64,000 bases of DNA. Origin: Aplysia californica. Taxonomy: Eukaryota. Shown here in pieces: positions 25,986-37,244 of this stretch; the stretch's first letter is position 1, and every line of letters starts with the position of its first letter. The notes under the pieces are model-generated. The model worked only from the letters and a program-made list of their open reading frames with translations, was not told the DNA's origin and made no database searches. The stretch lies in the NCBI RefSeq assembly GCF_000002075.1, contig NW_004797468.1, forward strand, positions 957,118 to 1,021,117, given 5' to 3'. The translations under genes and the position numbers were made by a program.

Positions 25986-28900
25986 CCGTTTTCTTCCTTT
26001 TTTTAAACAAAAATAATTTGATTAATGAACGCCTCGCCATGTGACTAAAGGGAAATAATCACCGTAATAAGTCTTATTTAAGTGAAAACTTGGTTATTTC
26101 CCTTGGTAGAAGATCTTGGTTATGGGTTGGGATTTTGTTCCTTGAGCATGTTCAATTTTTCAATCCAACAAAAGTTGTTGTTCTCATGTCTGCTGATGCT
26201 TCATGTTTGACAGGTGTCCCTGGTTGTAGTAATGTGCCACCAGCATCAGAGGACCAGATGTCCTTCTTTTTTTTTTTACATTTTTCTTTCCCAGATCTAG
26301 AATCTAGATCTAGATCTAGATCTGCAGCTGAAAGTTACAGAGATTTTTTTTTTTTTTTTTTTACAGATGTGTATTGTTTTCTTTCCAAATACACTACAAA
26401 TTACTGATACTGATATGTTCTGTTAAAAAATTTTCTGTACTTAAAACATAAAAGTCATGAAAATTTGGGTTGAAAAGGTGCAAAACATGTCACGAAAGGT
26501 GTTACGGTAACTTGCATAATTTTTGCATAATTTGGCCATCTAAATTCGCCTAATTCTGCGGGGACAGCGAAATGTCCCGCGACGTATACATGTACTACGT
26601 CGAGAGATCGTGCGCCGCGNNNNNNNNNNNNNNNNNNNNNNNNNNNNNNNNNNNNNNNNNNNNNNNNNNNNNNNNNNNNNNNNNNNNNNNNNNNNNNNNN
26701 NNNNNNNNNNNNNNNNNNNACATACATACATACATACATACATACATACATACATACATACATACATACATACACACACAGACACACACACACGCACGCA
26801 CGTATGTACACACACACACATACACCTACGGATCACCCTTCGCTCTAATAACGTCAAGAAATGTGCTGGGTTTGTTTGTTTGTGTGTTTGTGTGTCTGTT
26901 TGTTTGTTGGTTTGTGGGTGTGTTTGAGTAAAAAGGCGCTCACATGACCTTATGCAGTTGCGAGCTCCGTGAAAACTCTACTAAAACTAAAAGAAGCAGG
27001 TCGACTCACAAATGGTTTTTGCGTGCTGGGAAACAGTAAGATAGACAGAGAAACTAAAGAGTGGAAAATACAAAAGTAGGACCAACGAGTAGTGCTGACC
27101 AACCACCCGCAAAATATTCTGGTATTTTCATTGAATTTGATTTTTTAAAAATTACATCATTTTGGTCGTATTTGTTTTTATTTCCGTACTGGGAGGCATC
27201 AGACTTGAGGGATGGCAAGAGCTTCGGCCCTTCGTTATTAAAACCTTTCTCGAAATTACAACGTTCGACCTGAGTTCTATATTTGTCTTATGCTTTTTTC
27301 GTTTGTTTGTTTTTTGAACAAACAATTTTCTATCCAGTTTTGATCTTGAACGTAACGTTGCTCTAATAATGAAAAGGGAAAAAACAAATAATGTGTAAAT
27401 ATTAAGACACGTAAGCTACTCACCAAAAACTTTGGGAAAATGTTCAAGGCTGTTGAATCACACTCCCTTCACGTCCTTCAGGACTGGCGGAAACACGAGA
27501 TGACAGTCTCAATACAACAAATGCTTTAACGTTTCATTGTACAGTGGCCGTGTTGTTTACGTAATACAACTTCACACAGAAAACACACACCTGTGTAACT
27601 TCGCTGTCTTCGGTATGGCAAACGGGTTGTTGGTGGGTGCTCGAGTGTGGCTTATTGCTTCTTTTCCTGTTCGTCAATTTTGCAAATTTCTCTGTTTGCT
27701 TGTTGTTGTTGTTGTTGTTTTTTAATGAGCAGGTGCTTGAGCGGTGCCGCTGTCAAGCCTTTCTTTACTTTTCCTTTGATTTATTTCTTCTTTCTGCCTG
27801 TCTTCCTTGCTCTCTTCTTTCCCTAAATGACCGTTTTCGTATCGACGTGTTTCTCTTGACTCCAACTAAAAATACAGACTTCAGCAACGTGGTCTTATCC
27901 TCCCATTATATTTATTGGTCTGTGACTGACGCGACGCAGCAAGTGTGCCCCTCTTCACAACACCGGTACGCCAAAGACACTGACTGGTGCCAGTTTGATA
28001 GAGGAACAGACGGTCCACAGAATAACGCAGAGCAGAGCGAGGCAGGCGCGCGCGCGCACAAATCGACGTCTGGTCAAACGACTTCCGTCCAGCGACGTAT
28101 ACGTCGAGAAGTCGCGCGCCGCGGGGCTCTGGTGCCAGCGACACAGGACGGATTTAACACCACTCCACCCTGACAGCTGCTGTAATTGGCTTATCGCTTT
28201 GTAAATCTGCCATGCAAAACATTAATTCACTCCTGCCAACTTGGCTCGAGTGAACAACGATTCTTCTTCTTCTTCTTCTTCTTCTTCTTCTTCTTCTTCT
28301 TCTTCTTCTTCTTCTTCTTCTTCTTCTTCTTCTTCTTCCNNNNNNNNNNNNNNNNNNNNNNNNNNNNNNNNNNNNNNNNNNNNNNNNNNNNNNNNNNNNN
28401 NNNNNNNNNNNNNNNNNNNNNNNNNNNNNNNNNNNNNNNNNNNNNNNNNNNNNNNNNNNNNNNNNNNNNNNNNNNNNNNNNNNNNNNNNNNNNNNNNNNN
28501 NNNNNNNNNNNNNNNNNNNNNNNNNNNNNNNNNNNNNNNNNNNNNNNNNNNNNNNNNNNNNNNNNNNNNNNNNNNNNNNNNNNNNNNNNNNNNNNNNNNN
28601 NNNNNNNNNNNNNNNNNNNNNNNNNNNNNNNNNNNNNNNNNNNNNNNNNNNNNNNNNNNNNNNNNNNNNNNNNNNNNNNNNNNNNNNNNNNNNNNNNNNN
28701 NNNNNNNNNNNNNNNNNNNNNNNNNNNNNNNNNNNNNNNNNNNNNNNNNNNNNNNNNNNNNNNNNNNNNNNNNNNNNNNNNNNNNNNNNNNNNNNNNNNN
28801 NNNNNNNNNNNNNNNNNNNNNNNNNNNNNNNNNNNNNNNNNNNNNNNNNNNNNNNNNNNNNNNNNNNNNNNNNNNNNNNNNNNNNNNNNNNNNNNNNNNN

Positions 28901-29192
28901 NNNNNNNNNNNNNNNNNNNNNNNNNNNNNNNNNNNNNNNNNNNNNNNNNNNNNNNNNNNNNNNNNNNNNNNNNNNNNNNNNNNNNNNNNNNNNNNNNNNN
29001 NNNNNNNNNNNNNNNNNNNNNNNNNNNNNNNNNNNNNNNNNNNNNNNNNNNNNNNNNNNNNNNNNNNNNNNNNNNNNNNNNNNNNNNNNNNNNNNNNNNN
29101 NNNNNNNNNNNNNNNNNNNNNNNNNNNNNNNNNNNNNNNNNNNNNNNNNNNNNNNNNNNNNNNNNNNNNNNNNNNNNNNNNNNNNNNNNNNN

Positions 29193-29256
29193 ATAATAAT
29201 AATTGCATTTATATAGCGCATATCCATGCTCAAGAGCATGCTCTGTGCGCTTTACA
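29193..29256 (-). mobile_element. L2-like 3' terminus with (ATT)n tail
   Basis: The minus strand reads ttgtaaagcgcacagagcatgctcttgagcatggatatgcgctatataaatgcaattattattat, the same tail type as at 6257. Confidence 0.55.
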
Positions 29257-29329
29257 ACTATTATTACCCCAGCTGACCCTCTGAGAACACTCAGAAACAT
29301 TCTCAGCTTCCGCGGAAGCATACAGAGAA

Positions 29330-30650
29330 GATCGCTGCACTTTCACATCCTGCATGTCAATCTCGTCATTGGTTTCTGGGTGAGAAACCTCAGCGGTGAT
29401 GTCATTCCAAATGAGGATTGCGATACCTTGACTCGCAGCGGTACATTATGTAGCCTGTCAAACAGAACTCTATCCGCTTGGGTAGTTGGGTTTCCTGTAG
29501 CAAGGATGCATGAATTCTTAAGTCTGACAGTATCTTTGCAAGCTCCTTTTTCTTGTTCTGTATTGATGAGATGTTCAGTTGGAGTATATTCAATGAATGT
29601 GTGTCTGTAGGTTGGGGGGTCTGTAGTGTCTGTGTGTTGCTTGTGGCCTCTATACCTGCAGTGTGGGTCCCAGTAGCTGACTTGTCACTCCCGCCCCCGG
29701 GTGAAGGCAGAGAGCACGGACCTTGATAACCGAGGCGACATTCGAGCTCGTATAGTTTCATTTGTCGTAGAGGCATTCTATTGGTTAGGGGGTTGTGAAG
29801 GTGTGTATGCAACCCTGTAGGATCTCAGGTAGGTGGTAGTCTTGTCCTGACACTGGCTTATGCCCAAACATCTTGCCACAAGAGAACAAAGGTGCAATGT
29901 TCGCTGTCCTGTTTTCCATCAACCTTCACGGGGATTTCTTACACAGCAGACAAGCATAGGGGGGGGGGGGTAAGCACACTCTAGTTCTGAGAGATGGGAG
30001 CCACAAAGTGTAGCCAATGACCAGTGATCGTTTGAGCAATCCAGTAAGAGGTCCCATTGAGTAAGGGGTAACGTGTTTCTTCCACAGTGAGTAGTCCACA
30101 TCACCAGGCGTAGCTTGCGTTTGCCCAATCCCCGCCACCTGCTGTCTCCTGGCTCTCTGCTATCACCATTTCCGTTCATGGGGCAAAAAAATCCGAGGGG
30201 TGGCCAAATCTACTCAGACAGAGGATCCTCACGTCATGGGTCAGCGAGCATTTGCCAGGATATCTGTAGGGACGTCATCTGTTTCCAGGCAGCCTATTCC
30301 TTACAGCTACAAGGCCTTCTGGGTCCACGGAGACATCTCACGATGAGTCATCTGCAGTCTGTGGGTACCATGCCCCGTCTGTAGAGCTCCCACGAGAGGG
30401 AGGGAAGGAGATGTCGACAGTGAGTTCTTGAATGAACCTGTTGTGACGCCAGACCTACCATAATGGTGGATGTGTATGAAGGGTCACATTGCACCTCACA
30501 GGGCTATGGTACCTCCTGGCCAGAGCTCCGTCTGCAACCCCTACTCCTATGCACAGAGCAGGGGTCCCCAGGCTGCTCGACAAGGACGGGGAGTTGACGT
30601 GGTTGAGGCTGGCTAGCCAGAGAGCGTCTGGGGCTTCACCCTCAACCCTT
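29330..30650 (-). mobile_element. Non-LTR retrotransposon 5' region with the start of an AP-endonuclease (I/Nimb/Jockey-like), degenerate
   Basis: SLNILQLNISSIQNKKKEL...LLQETQL...GYIMYR (about 29420-29600) is the APE N-terminal signature. The GC-richer upstream stretch is probably the 5' UTR; that boundary is uncertain. Confidence 0.65.
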
Positions 30651-30982
30651 ACAGCCTAATACTAATGACCTTACTTTGTACATTGTGCTGTGTTTTACAT
30701 GTACTTGTAATTGCAAATGCATTACTGTTGCACATTCCATGTATTGTGATAATTTTCTGAAAGAACGAAAACCAAATTATGGTACAGAATATATGTATAA
30801 ATTAAACGGTTGTCTCCCTTACACGAAAAAGTAAAAGTCTGTTCTCAATCCGCCTGGCGTTTCTTAGTCTTGATTTCACTGATAAATGACTATTTGAATT
30901 AATGAGCTGGTGTGTGGTTGTTTTGGGGTTTGTTTGTTTTAACTTAAACAAGCAAAAATATACATCCATACACTCACATACA

Positions 30983-32428
30983 CCTTCGGCTTTCAGAGCT
31001 GGATCTTCAGTCCAACAGACTGATAGGCTGTTAAAATCTGAGGGCTATGCTTGCATCTGTTCCTGGATGTGCGACTGAAGCGTCACGGTCAAGTCGTCCT
31101 CAAAGTCCAGATCGTCCAAATGTGTCCATGGGGTCCACTGTATGCCATTTCTGTGTCCGTTGGTGGTTTCCTTCATCAGCCAGTCGATCTCCAAGACGAG
31201 GAGGACAGGTGATAGTAAACATCCCTGTATCACACCTGTCTTGATGTCAAAGCTGTCAGTGAGCTGGCCATCATGTGCAACCCTGCAACTTGTCCCTTCA
31301 TACATGTTCTTGATGAGATTCACCAACTTCTGCGGGATTCCCTGATGTCTCCAGTATCTTCCATAGTATTGTTCGGTCTATACTGTCAAAAGCTCTCTTG
31401 CAGTCATGCAAGGACTGATGCTCAACGAAAGGAGCAGGTCACAATAGAAGGAAATGCACTAGAAGACGTTGAATCTTTCTGCTATCTTGGAAGTATAATT
31501 GATAGAGAGGGAGGAACAGGTGCTCAAAGACAGGAGCAGGTCACAATAGAAGGAAATGCACTAGAAGACGTTGAATCGTTCTGCTATCTTGGAAGTATAA
31601 TTGATAGAGAGGGAGGAACAGGTGCTCAAAGACAGGAGCAGGTCACAATAGAAGGAAATGCACTAGAAGACGTTGAATCTTTCTGCTATCTTGGAAGTAT
31701 AATTGATAGAGAGGGAGGAACAGGTGCTCAAAGACAGGAGCAGGTCACAATAGAAGGAAATGCACTAGAAGACGTTGAATCGTTCTGCTATCTTGGAAGT
31801 ATAATTGATAGAGAGGGAGGAACAGGTGCTCAAAGACAGGAGCAGGTCACAATAGAAGGAAATGCACTAGAAGACGTTGAATCTTTCTGCTATCTTGGAA
31901 GTATAATTGATAGAGAGGGAGGAACAGGTGCTGAAATAAAGTCACGCATCGGAAAATAAAGGCACAGGCTGCTTTTATTATCTTTGAATAGGATTTGGAG
32001 GACCAGGGATATCTCACTTCGAAAAAAGCTGAGGATTTTCAATTCAAATGTGAAGTAAGCCCTGTCGTATGGATGTGAGACATAAAACGCATCTCAGACT
32101 TGCATAAAGAGGATCCGGATTTTCTCGGACAAGTGTCTACGGAAGTTACGGAGGATCAGATGGACGGGCAGGGTCACCAACAAGACAAAGCCACGTCAGA
32201 GATGACGTGGGAAGAAGGCGGTGACGATGGATTGGACATACTCTCAGGAAGTCAGGCAGCTGCATAGCAAAGAATGTGTTGGATTGGAACCCACAGGGTA
32301 GACGGTCAAGGGGAAGACTGCGTGGAACCTGGACAAACGTCACAGAAATTTGTGTACAGAAAAGTGGGAAGACATGGAATAACATCAAGAGGTTAGCCCA
32401 GGATAGGGAAAGGTGGAACGTGTTTTAG
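30983..32428. mobile_element. RTE-clade LINE remnant with an inverted 5' segment (30983-31385, -) and a forward 3' segment (about 31403-32428, +)
   Basis: Minus strand: GIPQKLVNLIKNMY...GVIQGCLLSP...LDDLDFEDDL. Plus strand: LEDVESFCYLGSII...EIKSRIGK...WIGHTLRK...WNPQGRRSRGR. Confidence 0.9.
31430..31932 (+). repeat. 102-bp (34-codon) tandem repeat, about 5 copies, inside the RTE LINE
   Basis: The unit encodes QEQVTIEGNALEDVESFCYLGSIIDREGGTGAQR; copies are near identical. Confidence 0.95.
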
Positions 32429-32442
32429 TTTGTTTGTTTTTT

Positions 32443-32680
32443 TGTTTTAGTAGAGATTTTACGGCACTCGCAACTGCATAAGGTCATATGAGTGCCAGAA
32501 GAATAGAGGTGTTACAAGAGAGTAACAAACATAAAAAAAGAAGGGGAGATAAGGACGACAGATGTTTGATAGGAAAGAAGGAGCAAACCACAACAGAGCA
32601 CCCGCCAACCACTCACTGGAAAGTGTTTGTTCGTGGCCTATACCCTGATCCAGGATGAGAAAGTCAATGGTGTTGGGGAT
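32443..32680 (-). mobile_element. Retroelement 3' end (LINE 3' UTR-like); a second copy lies at about 2529-2700
   Basis: About 170 bp shared with 2529-2700; ends CATATGACCTTATGCAGTTGCGAGTGCCGTAAAATCTCTACTAAAAC. Confidence 0.65.
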
Positions 32681-34922
32681 GACACGCACGCACGCACGCA
32701 CGCACTCACGGACGCACGCGCGCGCACACACATACACACACANNNNNNNNNNNNNNNNNNNNNNNNNNNNNNNNNNNNNNNNNNNNNNNNNNNNNNNNNN
32801 NNNNNNNNNNNNNNNNNNNNNNNNNNNNNNNNNNNNNNNNNNNNNNNNNNNNNNNNNNNNNNNNNNNNNNNNNNNNNNNNNNNNNNNNNNNNNNNNNNNN
32901 NNNNNNNNNNNNNNNNNNNNNNNNNNNNNNNNNNNNNNNNNNNNNNNNNNNNNNNNNNNNNNNNNNNNNNNNNNNNNNNNNNNNNNNNNNNNNNNNNNNN
33001 NNNNNNNNNNNNNNNNNNNNNNNNNNNNNNNNNNNNNNNNNNNNNNNNNNNNNNNNNNNNNNNNNNNNNNNNNNNNNNNNNNNNNNNNNNNNNNNNNNNN
33101 NNNNNNNNNNNNNNNNNNNNNNNNNNNNNNNNNNNNNNNNNNNNNNNNNNNNNNNNNNNNNNNNNNNNNNNNNNNNNNNNNNNNNNNNNNNNNNNNNNNN
33201 NNNNNNNNNNNNNNNNNNNNNNNNNNNNNNNNNNNNNNNNNNNNNNNNNNNNNNNNNNNNNNNNNNNNNNNNNNNNNNNNNNNNNNNNNNNNNNNNNNNN
33301 NNNNNNNNNNNNNNNNNNNNNNNNNNNNNNNNNNNNNNNNNNNNNNNNNNNNNNNNNNNNNNNNNNNNNNNNNNNNNNNNNNNNNNNNNNNNNNNNNNNN
33401 NNNNNNNNNNNNNNNNNNNNNNNNNNNNNNNNNNNNNNNNNNNNNNNNNNNNNNNNNNNNNNNNNNNNNNNNNNNNNNNNNNNNNNNNNNNNNNNNNNNN
33501 NNNNNNNNNNNNNNNNNNNNNNNNNNNNNNNNNNNNNNNNNNNNNNNNNNNNNNNNNNNNNNNNNNNNNNNNNNNNNNNNNNNNNNNNNNNNNNNNNNNN
33601 NNNNNNNNNNNNNNNNNNNNNNNNNNNNNNNNNNNNNNGGGGGTTGCTTATTGTTTTGTTTAGATTGTTTTGGGTTTTTTTTGGCGCAAGGGACAATACC
33701 CCCACGAAACTTCTCCGGTGCAGCACTCGCACGACAACTTTCCCTACTCAGCAATCAAAGAAATCCACCACCTGCACAGACATGGAGTCAGTCTTTCCTC
33801 AGTTCCCTTCACCCAAAGCCCGTGGGCCTATAGCTACCTCTTCTCTACTGGGGCTGGTAATCCGCTGTAGAAGACACGGTGCTTTAATCGCCCGTTCGCC
33901 TAATCCGGTGGGGGGCACAGTGGCCGATAATCGCACCATGATCTCTGGCATGCGGTGCAATACCCTGGGCTGATTGAATACGTTTACGTACAGATCCAAG
34001 TTCGGCACATTAACCTTAGTAGACGGACGTGTGTAATGCGTGTGTGTTATTTACCGAAAACACGACACGCTTGTTTCTGAACGAAAGGCGTTTGCCTCTT
34101 GGCCGTGTCCAGTACTGCGTGCGATATTCGCGTGCGCGTGATGGTCTTCATTCTACACGACAATCCGCTAGAGGGGGAAACAGATCATCGGGAAAGCTGC
34201 TCTTTCTTCATCTTGTGTAAAGGATTCCTCTCTCTCTAACTCGCGACAATAGAGCTGCTCGCGTTTTTATTTTTCCGTCGATTAGTCTTGAATGTCACGT
34301 CATGCTCTCATCTCCTAGTTACGCACGCGCCAAAAAAGGAAAGGACGCGTTACTCAGGTGTCAACTTCCTGTTTGTTTTCTCATCTTTTGCCGGTGCTCC
34401 AATAGTGATCGAATGTTTGCTTTTCCAACGAAATACGTGACTAGTTTAATGTGTTCGTTTACATTTACGTCACAGGAAATGTGTTCATTGTACTAGCGTG
34501 GGGGAAACGTGTTAAATGTGTTATAATGAGCTGGCTGTCGTGGTTCCACTTGTCGGTACAATAGAGACTGACATTTGGTGAGATAACGAGACTATCATAA
34601 TTTCTATGAGGACTCTCTCCCTGTGAAGGAAATAACATAAATGTTTATTTCATCAAATAATGACGGATACAACACAAGGATTACACAAGAGACTTGGCTC
34701 TGACGCTGATGAATCGGCGAACGATTGTGTAATTTGTAATGCGAACCAAGTAGGCGAGACGTGAGTCAAAATATATGACGATTTGTAATACATCGTGGTG
34801 GATCAGATTATACACTTCAGCGGTGCGATTGGTTATGATGCTAAATTCGCAAGTGTTTTCCGGGGTTTTGTTGCGGCTTTTACAGTGGCATTATCACAGA
34901 CTGAAATGACCAAGGTGTTAAA

Positions 34923-37244
34923 ATGAACCGGAGCCAACAGTACTCCGCCAATAACAGCAACAACAACAATAACAACAACAAACAACCAAACAACCAAACT
35001 TCCACTCCGTGCACCACCCTCCAAGGTTACTTGTTAGAAACCTACTGGTCATCTGACCACAGCGTGACTGACCATCGCAGACAGACAAACGTTGTCCCCG
35101 CCCTGGACCTGTCCAGCCTTGGCGTTGGTGACAATGACGAGCAGGGAGAGAAAACAGACGAGACCAGTGACCGGCCAGTCAAGGGGTTGAGAGGGGCCGC
35201 CCCTCACGACAGGAGTGGAGAGAATAGCGCTCTTTTCGTCAAGAAAAAGTGCCCGAATTTTGTGTTTCCAAGCGAGAAAACTGTGGGTGAGTACGGTGCC
35301 ATCCATCACACCAACACAACTCACACGCGGTACTCGGACCCCACAACCACTGGTCTGAGCCCCCATCTCCCCAACCACTTAACAGCCATGTCCACCTCCA
35401 CAAAGAAAAACAGTGGTCCCGAAAATGATGGGCATAATGCGGGTCGTAGAGGCAGCCAAAGCAATGGAGGCGGCAGCGAAAGAACTATCAGTTTTTCTTT
35501 AGCAAACCCAAAACTTGGTAAATATCTCATGTTTGAAGATGAAACTCCTAACGGTAAAGTGGTCACCAAAGATGAAGATGTGAAAAAGGGCAGCAATGAA
35601 AAACCTTCGCACTCGAAAAGGAAAGAGGGGCAGCACAAACATGTGGTGGTATCGGACTCGGACAGTCACGACTCTACACAGGGTGCTAGGGACAGACATC
35701 ACAGACTAAACCCGTCTCCGGAATCGGAGAGCGACGCCCAAGAAATAATCGATGTCGTAATAGTCGATGGCCACTTGAACAAAGCATCAGACCACGACCG
35801 TTTAAACCTACCGGAGAGTGAGGACGACACTGACGAGGAAAACAAAATTGCTGCAGAAAAGGCTAATGAAGAGAAACCTCAAAAACCGAGAGTGACATTT
35901 TCTTTTGACAACGATTTCTACTCACACCGATCGTTAAGACGGTTCAATCCCGTACAGCACAACGTGAACATGCCGCTGCAGAGTGTGCTCAAGAAAAGAC
36001 CGGAGCCAGTCCAAGTTCCCTGTGAGACCAACGAGCAGAGCGGCTCCAGACATGATTACTTCAAGGACAATAACTCTGCCTTCCGTACCAGCAAGCATCA
36101 GGAAACACTGCCGTACCCAGAGCAAGGCATTCCGGTGAAAAACATTCACTCAACGGGATCGGATGTCGCCTACGAAGCTCGGCGAGCTAAAGTGTCTCTG
36201 GTGGGAACTGCCACAGAGAAACCGCCACTTCCGTACAACTCGACGCGAATCGCGCTTCCGATTGCCGAGAAATCTGCTGTGGGTTCGTCTAGGAGGATAC
36301 ATTTAGCCTACGCCAATTCTTCCAACGGTCGTGGGCGGGTGGCCTATTTCCGAGCAATTGAGGGCAAGAGGTCAGGGGAAAATATGAAATCTAAATCGAG
36401 ATCTGTGGAAGACATCAACGGTGGTGTTGATCCTCGGTTCATCATCAGTGGACAGGGCAGCGCCTCCAAGTCCAGTATGCCATACACACTTCGCCGAAGT
36501 GTCAGCTCGGACCATGCTTTCACTTCTGGGGGCAGCAGCAAGAGCCGACCGGGAAAACCAAAAATTGCATTCGGGAGTTTCATTATCCCCAAGGAGGCCA
36601 CGCCCCGCTTGAAGAACGCACAGATGAAGTTTCACGATATGGCCCCGCCCCCTCACATGCCCATTGGCTCCTACGTTCACTCGCATACTCGGCGCTCACC
36701 TTACGCCGCCCCGGCCACCGTTCTGTTTAAAGAGGACCACACAGCTTTTGCTGCAAGCTCAAACAGACGACCATACACAGCCACGCACTCTCAACAACAA
36801 CATCATCAGCAGCAGCAACAGCACCACCAGTCCGTACAAGGCAAACAGCTGGCCCAACGTCACTCGGCACCCTCGTCTTACGGACAGAACCGAGAGCAGA
36901 GCTCGTGGCGCGGATCCCGACAGAGACTCACGATCGACAGCTCACCCAGCAGACAACCCACCCGCCCGCCCAACGCCGTTCCACGCGGCGCCCCGGGCAC
37001 TCACGCGGGCTCTGGTGTCTCTCAAGGCGGTGGTGTCATCGCTGCTCACGAGCTCCTGCCCAACAAAATGCGGGTGGCCGTCACCTCGTCCAACAGCACG
37101 TCCAGTCCAGGGTCCGGACAGCCAGCCCTTGGCTTCCAACAACGCAGGCCAGACATCGCCACACTCAACATGATGGCCAACAAAGCCAAGGGCGTCTCGC
37201 AGAACAGATTTCTCGCAAAACTGCACGACGCCCCGCCGAACTAA
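34923..37244 (+). CDS. Uncharacterised 773-aa, largely disordered protein; CDS in a single exon
   Basis: A 2322-nt open frame, GC-richer than its flanks, with an in-frame TGA 21 nt upstream of the ATG. It has poly-N and poly-Q/H tracts and an acidic patch. No transposon motifs were recognised. Confidence 0.8.
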   Translation: MNRSQQYSANNSNNNNNNNKQPNNQTSTPCTTLQGYLLETYWSSDHSVTDHRRQTNVVPALDLSSLGVGDNDEQGEKTDETSDRPVKGLRGAAPHDRSGENSALFVKKKCPNFVFPSEKTVGEYGAIHHTNTTHTRYSDPTTTGLSPHLPNHLTAMSTSTKKNSGPENDGHNAGRRGSQSNGGGSERTISFSLANPKLGKYLMFEDETPNGKVVTKDEDVKKGSNEKPSHSKRKEGQHKHVVVSDSDSHDSTQGARDRHHRLNPSPESESDAQEIIDVVIVDGHLNKASDHDRLNLPESEDDTDEENKIAAEKANEEKPQKPRVTFSFDNDFYSHRSLRRFNPVQHNVNMPLQSVLKKRPEPVQVPCETNEQSGSRHDYFKDNNSAFRTSKHQETLPYPEQGIPVKNIHSTGSDVAYEARRAKVSLVGTATEKPPLPYNSTRIALPIAEKSAVGSSRRIHLAYANSSNGRGRVAYFRAIEGKRSGENMKSKSRSVEDINGGVDPRFIISGQGSASKSSMPYTLRRSVSSDHAFTSGGSSKSRPGKPKIAFGSFIIPKEATPRLKNAQMKFHDMAPPPHMPIGSYVHSHTRRSPYAAPATVLFKEDHTAFAASSNRRPYTATHSQQQHHQQQQQHHQSVQGKQLAQRHSAPSSYGQNREQSSWRGSRQRLTIDSSPSRQPTRPPNAVPRGAPGTHAGSGVSQGGGVIAAHELLPNKMRVAVTSSNSTSSPGSGQPALGFQQRRPDIATLNMMANKAKGVSQNRFLAKLHDAPPN

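Noticed and set aside
24337-33973. Long ORFs in the track spanning N-gaps and microsatellites
   Set aside because: They are open only because of X runs and simple repeats.
34700-34725. Hammerhead ribozyme at CTGATGA motifs (also about 1089 and 56314)
   Set aside because: No correctly placed GAAA core or flanking stems were found.
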